Source: Spirochaetia bacterium (GTDB lineage: Bacteria; Spirochaetota; Spirochaetia; CADAEX01). From it: DNA of 64,000 nucleotides. The notes under the pieces were generated by a model, which was not told where the DNA came from, did no database searches, and saw only the letters and a list, made by a program, of their open reading frames with translations. The stretch spans positions 2,011,130 through 2,075,129 of the forward strand of contig OY764868.1 of the NCBI GenBank assembly GCA_963668545.1, read 5' to 3'. Below are positions 9,690 through 18,291 of this stretch, piece by piece; positions within the stretch are counted from its first letter, which is position 1, and the number at the start of each line of letters is the position of its first letter. Position numbers and translations under genes: made by a program.

Positions 9690-10763
9690 CTAATTTGAAA
9701 CTGCGTATGCTTCACCGTAATTTTTCATAGAAGTATATATTTCTTCAAAGATAGGAGATTCTTTTTCTGCTTTTTCCTTGTAGAATTTTGCAGCTTCCTT
9801 GTTAAGAGCATCTTCTATATCTTTTGGTACTTTATAAACTTCAACACCTGCTTTCTTGAATTCATCAATAGCTTTTACAGATTCGTATACAAGATATTCA
9901 TGCTGAGCCTGTGACCATCTGTCTATTTCAGCTTTTACGATTTCCTGAAGATCGGCAGGAAGAGCATTGAATGCTGATTTGCCAACAAAGAAAACCTGTG
10001 GATCACTTGGAGCTCTTGCAGGAGAAAGGTACATGTAGGGAGCTACTTCATTAAAGTGCATTTTCCAGTTTGTTGCTATTGTTGAATATTCAAAAGCATC
10101 AATTGTCCCTCTCTGCATAGCTTCGTAGCATTCCCCTCCGGGGATAATTACTGTAGCTGCGCCCATTCTCTTCAGGATTTCTCCTCCGTCACCCATACAT
10201 CTTGCTTTGAGACCTTTGATGTCAGCCATGCTGTTGAGTTTTACTTTTGAATGGAAGAAAACTTCTGCAGGAAGAGGTGAAAGAGCACCGGGGAATGTCA
10301 TAGTATCATAATCACCCATCATTTTGTTCATAAGATCAGCTCCGCCGCCGTAGTTGAACCATGTTCTCAGGGCTTCGCCTGGAAGTCCGCCCGGTCTTGA
10401 GCTGATCAGACCTGCTGCAGGCCATTTATCAAGATTGTACATAGGACATGTGTAGCACATCTGAAGAACACCTTCGTTAACTGCATCAAGTTCCTTGTAT
10501 GCAGGTACAACTGAACCGCCTACAAAAGGCTTGACTTCCAGTCTTCCACCTGATGCCAGTGTAATTGCTTCACAGCATTTATCATGATAAATCTGTGAAG
10601 GGTCAGTAGCTGGGCCGTGACCTGAAGATTTCCATACAATCTTTTCAACCTTTGCTGCAGGAGCATCTGAAGCTCCGGCACTGCTGCTTTTCTGGCATGA
10701 AGTTAAAACTGTCAGAAGCATTACAGATACCAGCAGTAAAATAATTTTTTTCTGAGTAAACAT
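9690..10763 (-). CDS. dctP: TRAP transporter substrate-binding lipoprotein (DctP-type, FcbT1-like subgroup)
   Basis: 357-aa ORF. Lipobox signal LLTVLTSC. Preceded by AAGGAGG. Sequence style of TRAP periplasmic components (WKSSGHGPATDPSQ..., LEVKPFVGGSVVPAYKELDAVNEGVL). Confidence 0.85.
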   Translation of the reverse strand: MFTQKKIILLLVSVMLLTVLTSCQKSSSAGASDAPAAKVEKIVWKSSGHGPATDPSQIYHDKCCEAITLASGGRLEVKPFVGGSVVPAYKELDAVNEGVLQMCYTCPMYNLDKWPAAGLISSRPGGLPGEALRTWFNYGGGADLMNKMMGDYDTMTFPGALSPLPAEVFFHSKVKLNSMADIKGLKARCMGDGGEILKRMGAATVIIPGGECYEAMQRGTIDAFEYSTIATNWKMHFNEVAPYMYLSPARAPSDPQVFFVGKSAFNALPADLQEIVKAEIDRWSQAQHEYLVYESVKAIDEFKKAGVEVYKVPKDIEDALNKEAAKFYKEKAEKESPIFEEIYTSMKNYGEAYAVSN

Positions 10764-10840
10764 CTTTCCAACCTCCTTGATTATCTCAATGTTTCTCCGG
10801 AAACACAGGAAAATATTTATGTTTCCAAAATATAAAAAAG

Positions 10841-11668
10841 CTACTCTACAAATAGAGAGCTTCCTGTTCTGTTATGAAAGTATCTGCTGCCCGCTCCGCT
10901 GAGTTCATTCATGGCTTCCTGTCCTGTGCAGTGGGATACCCCAATTACTTCAACCTCATCAATGATGTATTTTACAGATTTCTGAAGAGCCTCACCTTTT
11001 GATTCTACAAGATGTGTTCCTCCGATAACTGCATAAACAGGTCTTTTAAGGTGATTAACAGCTGTACTTATCATGTTTTTCACACCCGGATGGGAACATC
11101 CCAGAACTATTACAAGACCGTAATGTGTATCAACAGCTATCATCAGTTCATCACTGAAATCATCTTTGATAAATCTGTTGTCCTTTCTGACAACAAATCT
11201 GGGGTTGATTATTTCATCATCAAATGTCCTTTCAAAAGATGTGATGATGTAAACCGAATCAGTGATTTGAGTTACCTGGTTTTTCAAAACTTCATAATCA
11301 ATTGATTTTTTTTTCAGATAACTTTCGTTAAAATCATTACCCAGAAATTCATAGGAATTATTTCTTAATGCATATTTTTCATTAAAAAACCCGTCTCCAA
11401 CATATAGTTTAAAACCATCTGTCACATTTATAAGTGATTTAAGTCCTCCGGAATGATCATAATGACCATGGCTCAGAACAACAAAATCTGTATCAGAAAG
11501 CTCAATGTTAAGAAGTTCTGAATTATAAATAAAAGAATCTGAAGATCCTGTATCAAATACTATTTTTCTGTCATCAGCTTCAATAAAAAAAGAAATGCCG
11601 TGTTCTGTCTTCAGACCGAGATGTTCTCCCTGAGTGTTTTCAATCAATGTGGTTATTTTCAGAGACAT
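10841..11668 (-). CDS. MBL-fold metallo-hydrolase
   Basis: 275-aa ORF with the HxHxDH motif (VVLSHGHYDHSGG) and later His/Asp ligands (GCSHPG, GGTHL). Confidence 0.8.
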   Translation of the reverse strand: MSLKITTLIENTQGEHLGLKTEHGISFFIEADDRKIVFDTGSSDSFIYNSELLNIELSDTDFVVLSHGHYDHSGGLKSLINVTDGFKLYVGDGFFNEKYALRNNSYEFLGNDFNESYLKKKSIDYEVLKNQVTQITDSVYIITSFERTFDDEIINPRFVVRKDNRFIKDDFSDELMIAVDTHYGLVIVLGCSHPGVKNMISTAVNHLKRPVYAVIGGTHLVESKGEALQKSVKYIIDEVEVIGVSHCTGQEAMNELSGAGSRYFHNRTGSSLFVE

Positions 11669-11687
11669 ATAACCTCCCCCTGTATAA

Positions 11688-12422
11688 TTAATCTGTAATT
11701 GAACTGAGAATATCTCTTAAAGCATTTTCAAGATGCTCTTTCATAGCTATTTCAGCCTTTCCAGGGTCCTTATCTTTTATTGCCTTAAGTATCTTTCTGT
11801 GCTCATCAATGGTTTTTTCTTCCCGTCCGGGAATATGAAGGCTTGAAATCCAGCCTTCAGGCAGTGATTTTGTCATTGTTTTCATAAGAAAGTGTAGAGT
11901 TTTATTCTTTGTAGATTTACTTAAAAGAAGATGGAACTCTTCATCACATTTAACAAGCCCTGCAGTATTACCCTGACCTGTATTTGAAGAAAAATCCCTG
12001 CATACTTCTTCCATTTTTTCTATATCATTAGCATCCGCTTTTTCAGCTGCCACTGCCGCAGCTTTGGGATCTATAATAAGCCTGACTTCAAAGTGGTCCT
12101 GTATTGACTGTTCATTATGTTTCAGCCAGTCTGAAAATCCTTCAAACTCCTTTTCCATCATGTCTGTTACAAATATTCCCTTGCCGTGTTTGACAGTAAC
12201 CTGCCCTGTCACCTCAAGCATTCTTACAGCTTCCCTTACAGATGATCTTGAAACATGAAGTTTCTGGGTAAGTATGTTTTCTGAATAGAATTTATCACCC
12301 GGTCTGAACCCGTCATCAGCTATCATTTTTTTTATTGCTTCAATTACACTTTCGAAAAGCCTCACTCTTTTTACTGACTGCAAAACCGTCCACCCTTGTC
12401 TACTTATATGATGTCTACTCAT
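11688..12422 (-). CDS. GntR-family (FadR/FCD subfamily) transcriptional regulator
   Basis: 244-aa ORF. N-terminal wHTH (ENILTQKLHVSRSSVREAVRMLEVTGQV) plus helical FCD-like C-terminal domain. First gene of the minus-strand gntR-MBL-dctPQM string. Confidence 0.85.
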   Translation of the reverse strand: MSRHHISRQGWTVLQSVKRVRLFESVIEAIKKMIADDGFRPGDKFYSENILTQKLHVSRSSVREAVRMLEVTGQVTVKHGKGIFVTDMMEKEFEGFSDWLKHNEQSIQDHFEVRLIIDPKAAAVAAEKADANDIEKMEEVCRDFSSNTGQGNTAGLVKCDEEFHLLLSKSTKNKTLHFLMKTMTKSLPEGWISSLHIPGREEKTIDEHRKILKAIKDKDPGKAEIAMKEHLENALRDILSSITD

Positions 12423-12433
12423 CAGACAAGTTA

Positions 12434-12463
12434 ATTATAAACTTGAAACTTAAAATATGTCAA
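12434..12463 (-). promoter_or_regulatory. Putative sigma70-type promoter of the gntR-MBL-TRAP operon
   Basis: Minus strand reads TTGACA-18 nt-TATAAT. The -10 ends 11 nt before the annotated ATG (12422), implying a near-leaderless transcript or a downstream true start. Confidence 0.35.
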
Positions 12464-12470
12464 AGAAAAT

Positions 12471-12515
12471 TTAATAAAACCGGTATTTATTCCTGCTTAA
12501 GATTAAATACCGGTT
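12471..12515 (-). terminator. Rho-independent terminator of the 135-aa membrane protein gene
   Basis: 12-bp perfect stem AACCGGTATTTA / TAAATACCGGTT (12478..12515), followed on the minus strand by TTTTATTAA. Confidence 0.65.
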
Positions 12516-12571
12516 AATTTATTAGAGAATAATTGGAAATAAGCTTTAAATAATTTTTTGGGTTTAATTAT

Positions 12572-12979
12572 TTAATTATACTGTCTGGTTATTGCCCATA
12601 AACCTGACAGTATAATCATCTGCATTGAAAGGTCCCTGAGCCAGATCATAAGTGAAGGATGAAGAAAAGATTCCATAAAATACTGCATAACTATATTTAT
12701 TATCCACAAAACAGTTATTGTGAGAGAGGCAAAAAAGAGGGATCTCTGATTGGATCTGATAAATGTCCCTACAAAAAGCACAAGCCCGGAAAACAGCTGA
12801 ATAAGTGCTACGATTACCCGCCACAAATCATTTTTACCGAATAGTTTTCCTACACCTCTAATAAACTGGGCCCCTGCAGTATTATATCCTGTAAGATACA
12901 ACAGTCCTGAAAGAGCAAAAAAGAGTGCTATAAAGATCTGAAGAAGAAATACTGAACCGTATCCGTTTTTATCTCTCAT
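12572..12979 (-). CDS. Small integral membrane protein (4 TM), function unknown
   Basis: 135-aa ORF with four hydrophobic helices (VFLLQIFIALFFALSGLLYL, VIVALIQLFSGLVLFVGTFI, LFFASLTITVLWIINIVMQYF, MQMIILSGLWAI). Has its own terminator. Confidence 0.55.
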   Translation of the reverse strand: MRDKNGYGSVFLLQIFIALFFALSGLLYLTGYNTAGAQFIRGVGKLFGKNDLWRVIVALIQLFSGLVLFVGTFIRSNQRSLFFASLTITVLWIINIVMQYFMESFLHPSLMIWLRDLSMQMIILSGLWAITRQYN

Positions 12980-13119
12980 AAAATACTCCTGAATATGCTG
13001 TAATTTATTTATACTTATAATATGGATTATATATTTAATAGATATGATTAAGCAATTAATTTAATACATTTTTAATGGTTTTTTAAATATCAGCTAATAT
13101 TGGCATTATAATAGAATGT

Positions 13120-13842
13120 ATGAAAAAAATTATTCAAATATCAGACATCCACTGCGGTTCAGGTTATTTTTCACCGGATCTTATGGAAAAAACTATCAGC
13201 TATATCAACAGCTCAAACCCTGATGCTCTTCTTGTAACTGGTGATCTGACAACTGAGGGATTCTATCATGAATTCGAAACTGCTCTTTCATATCTCAACA
13301 GGATGAATGTAAAAAACAAGCTGATTGTTCCCGGAAACCATGATGCACGTAATGTAGGGTACAGAAGCTTTGAAAAACTGATAGGTCCCCCCGACAGCTC
13401 TATTGAGCTTGGGAATATACTGATATGCGGTGCCGACACAACAGAACCCGATCTGGATGACGGGCAGATGGGCAGACACCTGACAGGAAAACTCAAGGAA
13501 AGGTTTAAAAGTTTCAGAGGGATTAAAATACTGGCAATGCATCATCACGTGATTTCAGTTCCCAACAGCGGAAGGGAGATGAATATTCTGCGTGATGCCG
13601 GAGATGTACTCAAAATGGCGGTCAAATCAGGAGTCAATATCATTCTTTCAGGACACAAGCATATACCGCATATATGGAATTTTGAGGGGATAAAGGTTGT
13701 AACATGTTCTACAACAACATCAAGGAGAATCAGGGGAATGTATAAACCTTCATTCAATATTATTGAGATAGACAACAGGCTGAAGATTACCAAGAAAGAG
13801 GTAGAAGGAGATTCACATGTTATTTATGAGGGAGAAATCTAG
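13120..13842 (+). CDS. Metallophosphoesterase (calcineurin-like)
   Basis: 240-aa ORF with motifs ISDIHCG, GDLTTEG, GNHDA, MHHH and GHKH. Confidence 0.8.
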   Translation: MKKIIQISDIHCGSGYFSPDLMEKTISYINSSNPDALLVTGDLTTEGFYHEFETALSYLNRMNVKNKLIVPGNHDARNVGYRSFEKLIGPPDSSIELGNILICGADTTEPDLDDGQMGRHLTGKLKERFKSFRGIKILAMHHHVISVPNSGREMNILRDAGDVLKMAVKSGVNIILSGHKHIPHIWNFEGIKVVTCSTTTSRRIRGMYKPSFNIIEIDNRLKITKKEVEGDSHVIYEGEI

Positions 13843-15529
13843 GTACCTTTTTTTCTTTTTTCCTCAAATGTGAAATCCGTTCCATCAGCAGGTTGAATGA
13901 AATATTCAGCCTGCTGAAATCGATTTTTATTCTGATAATTGAGAGACTGACTTTCTGATCTGGAAAATTATCAACATCTTTTAAAATTGATATTATTCCA
14001 TCATCAAAATCTGATTTTATACCTTTTACAAGATCTGTCTCAACTTTATTGTTATTATGTTTACCTGGAATAATAAAAAAATTATCACCACCATGGTGAC
14101 CTGCAAAATCCACAGAAATATTTATGTTTTTCTTAATTATTTCTGCCAGAAAAATAATAATTCTGTCACCCAGTCTGAAACCATGATTTTTATTGAATTC
14201 CCTGAAATTATCGATATCAATTATGATTATGGATTTTTCACCTGATTTTGAATTATAAAGTTTTTCAATCTGGCGGTGTATTTCACTTATACCCGGCATT
14301 TTTGTAACAGGGTTCTGGTCTCTGTCATGAATAAGTTTCCTTTCATTGACAATTTTCAGAAGATTGAAAGGATCAATAACTCCTCGATATAAACCATTTT
14401 CTGTTATAATTATCCCTTCTATTTCATTTTTTGTTGCAGCAATGCTGAGCATTTTTTCTATTGATGTATTTATTTCGACTATCGGAACTTTTTTAATAAA
14501 CCAGTCAATTCCCTCTGAATTGAATCTGTTGATAAACAGAAAATATCCGTTGCCGGTATAGAGATATTTTTTAATATCTTTTTCATTAATAATGCCCAGT
14601 GGTTGTCCTGAATGATTGACTACCGGAAGAATCGAAAGATTGGTATTTCTGTTGAATAGACTTATTATGCTTTCCGGACTGCTGTCATACCCTATTGAAA
14701 TATCAGTCCTGAAACTTTTGGTAACAAGCTTTTTTACCGGATCATTTTCTCTTCTGTTTGTATTACCGGAAAGGTATATTTCTGATTTATAGTTATTCTT
14801 CAGGTTCTCAGTTTTCAACTGGGGTTTCTGTACTTTATACCCCTGCAGAAAGTCGCATCCGATATCACGGCAGATATTTATTTCATCTATTGTTTCAACC
14901 CCTTCAGCAACAACTTTTGTTCCCATGATATGTGCCATGTTTACTATCTGCTCAGTGAAAAATTTCTTCTGTATATCTTTGTCTATCGAATCAATAAAAA
15001 AACGGTCGATTTTAATTACATCGGGTTCTGATAGATAGAGCATCTGAAACCCCGAATATCCCGATCCATAATCATCCAGTACAATTTTATAATGCTGTTT
15101 TTTATACTGTTCAAGCATTGCTTTTGTTTTTGTATAAAGAAGATTTATCTCATATCTTTCAGAAAGTTCAAAATAGAAACTTGATTTCCTCAGTCCGAAC
15201 TGATTCAGAATTCCTGATGTTTTACCGGGAGAATAATCAGGCATTTCAAGGACCCTGTTATCTATGTTATAAAAAAGTGATTTACTGGTATAATCAGATA
15301 TCTGAGTAAATTTTTCTATAGCTTTTCTTCTTAATGCAAGCTCAAACTTGTATAGCATTTTAGCTTCATAAGCTGCATCAAAGACATCAAATATTGATTC
15401 AAAACCACATTCTCTGTAATTACGAAGAAGAGCCTCATAAGCAAACACTTCCCCATTGAAACTGTTGACTATCGGCTGGAAAGCAAAATCCACAGTAGAA
15501 ATAATTTTTTTATATTTTAGTCTGTCCAT
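13820..15529 (-). CDS. EAL phosphodiesterase - CBS pair - degenerate GGDEF protein
   Basis: 569-aa ORF. EAL domain motifs (FAYEALLR, DDYGSGYSGF, KIDRFFI, AEGVET, QGYKVQKP). Central CBS-like region. C-terminal GGDEF fold with the signature changed to GGDNF (HHGGDNFFII). The 3' end overlaps the convergent phosphoesterase gene by 23 nt. Confidence 0.85.
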   Translation of the reverse strand: MDRLKYKKIISTVDFAFQPIVNSFNGEVFAYEALLRNYRECGFESIFDVFDAAYEAKMLYKFELALRRKAIEKFTQISDYTSKSLFYNIDNRVLEMPDYSPGKTSGILNQFGLRKSSFYFELSERYEINLLYTKTKAMLEQYKKQHYKIVLDDYGSGYSGFQMLYLSEPDVIKIDRFFIDSIDKDIQKKFFTEQIVNMAHIMGTKVVAEGVETIDEINICRDIGCDFLQGYKVQKPQLKTENLKNNYKSEIYLSGNTNRRENDPVKKLVTKSFRTDISIGYDSSPESIISLFNRNTNLSILPVVNHSGQPLGIINEKDIKKYLYTGNGYFLFINRFNSEGIDWFIKKVPIVEINTSIEKMLSIAATKNEIEGIIITENGLYRGVIDPFNLLKIVNERKLIHDRDQNPVTKMPGISEIHRQIEKLYNSKSGEKSIIIIDIDNFREFNKNHGFRLGDRIIIFLAEIIKKNINISVDFAGHHGGDNFFIIPGKHNNNKVETDLVKGIKSDFDDGIISILKDVDNFPDQKVSLSIIRIKIDFSRLNISFNLLMERISHLRKKEKKVPRFLPHK

Positions 15530-15688
15530 ATTCCAAGCAGTAATTCAGTATTATTAGGAAAAGATAATAAAATGATTACTTTTGAGTTAAATATTTTTTT
15601 TCATGTTTCTACAGCTTGAGAACTTTGTTGTTTTATACTATCAGTGATTATATCTGAGATTAACTGCTTATTATATACGGAGGATGAT

Positions 15689-16117
15689 TTGAAAAAAAAG
15701 AAACTTCTTTTTCTATGCACCGGCAATTCCTGCAGAAGCCAGATGGCGGAAGGATGGGCACGGGCCCTCAAGGGGGATATTTTTGATGTCTATTCCGCTG
15801 GAATTGAAACTCACGGACTTAATGAAAATGCAGTTAAGGTGATGAGTGAAATTGGGATAGATATTTCCACTCACAGGTCGAAAAACATTAATGAATTCAT
15901 AAACAATGAAATCGATTATGTGGTTACAGTATGCGCTCATGCCCACGAAACATGTCCTTTATTCCCGGGTAAAGCTAAAATCATCCATAAAGGTTTTGAT
16001 GACCCCCCTTTTCTTGCAGCAGAAAAAAATTCCAAGGAGGAAAAACTTGATTGCTACAGAAAAGTACGGGACGAAATAAGGAATTTTGTTGAAACACTTC
16101 CCGAAGCATTAAATTAA
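15689..16117 (+). CDS. arsC: Arsenate reductase, LMW-PTP/thioredoxin-coupled type
   Basis: P-loop [17 protein letters not shown] plus downstream Cys ([11 protein letters not shown]). The track ORF starts at GTG 15644, but TTG 15689 is preceded by GGAGG at 5-nt spacing and gives the usual ~142-aa length. Confidence 0.8.
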   Translation: MKKKKLLFLCTGNSCRSQMAEGWARALKGDIFDVYSAGIETHGLNENAVKVMSEIGIDISTHRSKNINEFINNEIDYVVTVCAHAHETCPLFPGKAKIIHKGFDDPPFLAAEKNSKEEKLDCYRKVRDEIRNFVETLPEALN

Positions 16118-16205
16118 TAATCTAAAATTGCTTTTTTTATTAACTCATCTGAATAATAATATAAATATATACCAATAATTATACTGAGATACGGAGCAGT
16201 AAAAA

Positions 16206-16568
16206 TTGAAGAAAAAAATACTTATCATAGAAGATTCTGTATTAAGCAGGACATTTATGAAAGATTATCTGAAAGATAAAGATATCGATATCGAGGAAGC
16301 TGTCAATGGTGTTGACGGACTGGACAAAATAGATAAATTCCATCCCGATCTTGTATTTCTTGACTTACTCATGCCGGAGCTGGACGGCTTCGGTGTTCTG
16401 GAAAGATTGAAGGAACAAAAAATACAAATACCTGTTGTTGTGCTGACAGCAGATATACAGGAAACAACAAGGAAAAGATGCTTTGACCTGGATGTCAAAT
16501 ATTTTCTTAATAAACCGATAAACAGGGATAAATTTCTGCTGATAATTGATCTATTGATAGGAGCATAG
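16206..16568 (+). CDS. Single-domain response regulator (CheY-like receiver)
   Basis: 120-aa ORF. Acidic pocket IIEDS, phospho-acceptor LVFLDLLMPELDG, VVVLTAD, FLNKP. TTG start with GGAG upstream. Confidence 0.85.
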   Translation: MKKKILIIEDSVLSRTFMKDYLKDKDIDIEEAVNGVDGLDKIDKFHPDLVFLDLLMPELDGFGVLERLKEQKIQIPVVVLTADIQETTRKRCFDLDVKYFLNKPINRDKFLLIIDLLIGA

Positions 16569-16570
16569 CA

Positions 16571-17161
16571 GTGTTTGATATTTCTCCTGAAAAATATGAT
16601 TCCCTAAGGGAAATACTCAATATTGGTGTAGGAAAGAGTGCAGATATTTTAAATACAATGCTGGGATCTCACATTGCTCTCAGTGTTCCTGAACTGAAAA
16701 TAGTAGAAAAACTGGGAACTGAAATGTTTCCTGAAGTTTATTCTGAATACGCAGTAGTAAACCTTCCATTCAGAGGGGATATTACTGGAACGGCAAAAAT
16801 GGTATTCCCATCTGAAAGTGCATTAAAAATGGTAAAGCTTCTCACCAATGCTGATTCCGATGAATTCGATGCAATTAAAATAGAAGTACTTTCTGAAATA
16901 GGTAATATAGTTCTTAATTCAGTAATGGGGATGTTTTCAAATACCCTGAAAACTGATCTGCATTACTCCCTGCCCTGGTTTCAGGAAACTGATATAAACA
17001 ATATGGTATCAGTCAGTGATGTGAAGGACACGGAATACTTTCTCCTTGCCCGGGTAAGTTTCAAAGTTGAAAAACTGAACATAAAGGGAGATATCATGAT
17101 ACTTTTCAAGCTGGGATCATTTGAAAAACTTGACCGGCTCATTGATAATTTACTGACATGA
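16571..17161 (+). CDS. CheC-family CheY-P phosphatase-like protein
   Basis: 196-aa ORF with two copies of the CheC active-site pattern [DSE]-x3-E-x2-N-x22-P (D-SLR-E-IL-N...22...P and E-VLS-E-IG-N...22...P). Starts 2 nt after the receiver gene stop. Confidence 0.8.
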   Translation: MFDISPEKYDSLREILNIGVGKSADILNTMLGSHIALSVPELKIVEKLGTEMFPEVYSEYAVVNLPFRGDITGTAKMVFPSESALKMVKLLTNADSDEFDAIKIEVLSEIGNIVLNSVMGMFSNTLKTDLHYSLPWFQETDINNMVSVSDVKDTEYFLLARVSFKVEKLNIKGDIMILFKLGSFEKLDRLIDNLLT

Positions 17162-18144
17162 CACTATACAGCAATATCTTTGATACAAATCTTCTTGACT
17201 CTATTCCCATAGGGATATGTATTGTGGACAAGGAATATAATGTTCTGTTCTGGAATAATGCAGTTTCAGAATGGACTGACATAACTGGCAAAGATATTCA
17301 GGGGAAAAAACTTTATGACTTTTTTCCCCATTTCAAGGAGCCCCGCTACATTATGAGGCTTGAGAATATTTTTGAAGGGGGGCCGCCTGTTATTCTTTCA
17401 TCTCAGTTTCACAGGGAGCTTTTCAGAACAGGAAATGAAAAACAGTATCACAGGATATATCACATAATTGCATCATCATTCAGAGACAGCAGTAACTCAT
17501 CCTCTATGCTTTTTACGATAAAAGATATAACTGATATAGAGCAGCTGATCTTAAAATACAGGGAACTTAAAAACAAGGCATTGTCTGAAGTTGAAAAAAG
17601 GAAAAAAGCTGAAAAAAGGCTTATAGAAGCAAACAGTACACTTGAATTCCTTGCAAATACAGATCAGCTCACATCACTTTTCAACAGAAGGAAATTCACC
17701 GATATTATAACTCTGGAAATAGACAGGGTAAAAAGGAATACAGATCCCTTTTCAGTCATCTTCATTGATCTTGATGATTTCAAAATTTTCAATTCAATGC
17801 ATGGTCATGAATGCGGTGATTTTGTATTGAAGCAGACAGCCCTCTTTCTGAAAAACTCAATCAGAAAAACAGATACTGTATCAAGATGGGGCGGTGAGGA
17901 ATTTATTATCCTCCTTCCGGAAACAGATCTTGAACATGCAAAAAAGCTTACAGAAAAACTCAGAGAGAAAATTGAAGAAACGGAATTCATTTTCAAAAAG
18001 AAAAATCTGAAAATAACAATGACACTGGGAATATCCATGTTCAACAGGGAAAAAGATACATTCGACTCAGTTATCAACAGGGCAGATGACGCACTTCACA
18101 AAGGCAAGGCTGAGGGTAAAAACAGGGTAATCTGCAGTTATTGA
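17158..18144 (+). CDS. PAS-domain diguanylate cyclase (GGEEF, I-site present)
   Basis: 328-aa ORF. N-terminal PAS-like region, coiled linker, GGDEF domain (NRRKF, FIDLDDFKIFNSMHGHECGD, RKTD-x5-GGEEF). ATGA overlap with the CheC-like gene. Confidence 0.85.
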   Translation: MTLYSNIFDTNLLDSIPIGICIVDKEYNVLFWNNAVSEWTDITGKDIQGKKLYDFFPHFKEPRYIMRLENIFEGGPPVILSSQFHRELFRTGNEKQYHRIYHIIASSFRDSSNSSSMLFTIKDITDIEQLILKYRELKNKALSEVEKRKKAEKRLIEANSTLEFLANTDQLTSLFNRRKFTDIITLEIDRVKRNTDPFSVIFIDLDDFKIFNSMHGHECGDFVLKQTALFLKNSIRKTDTVSRWGGEEFIILLPETDLEHAKKLTEKLREKIEETEFIFKKKNLKITMTLGISMFNREKDTFDSVINRADDALHKGKAEGKNRVICSY

Positions 18145-18291
18145 TATCATGCATTATTAAATTACAACAAATGCAGCATATTGAACAGAAAATTACATTT
18201 CAAATACTTATTCCAGATATCAAAAAACTGCTGTCAGCAAAAAATAATAAAATGTCCCTTTTGTTTGTGATATAATTAATTTGGGGATGTT

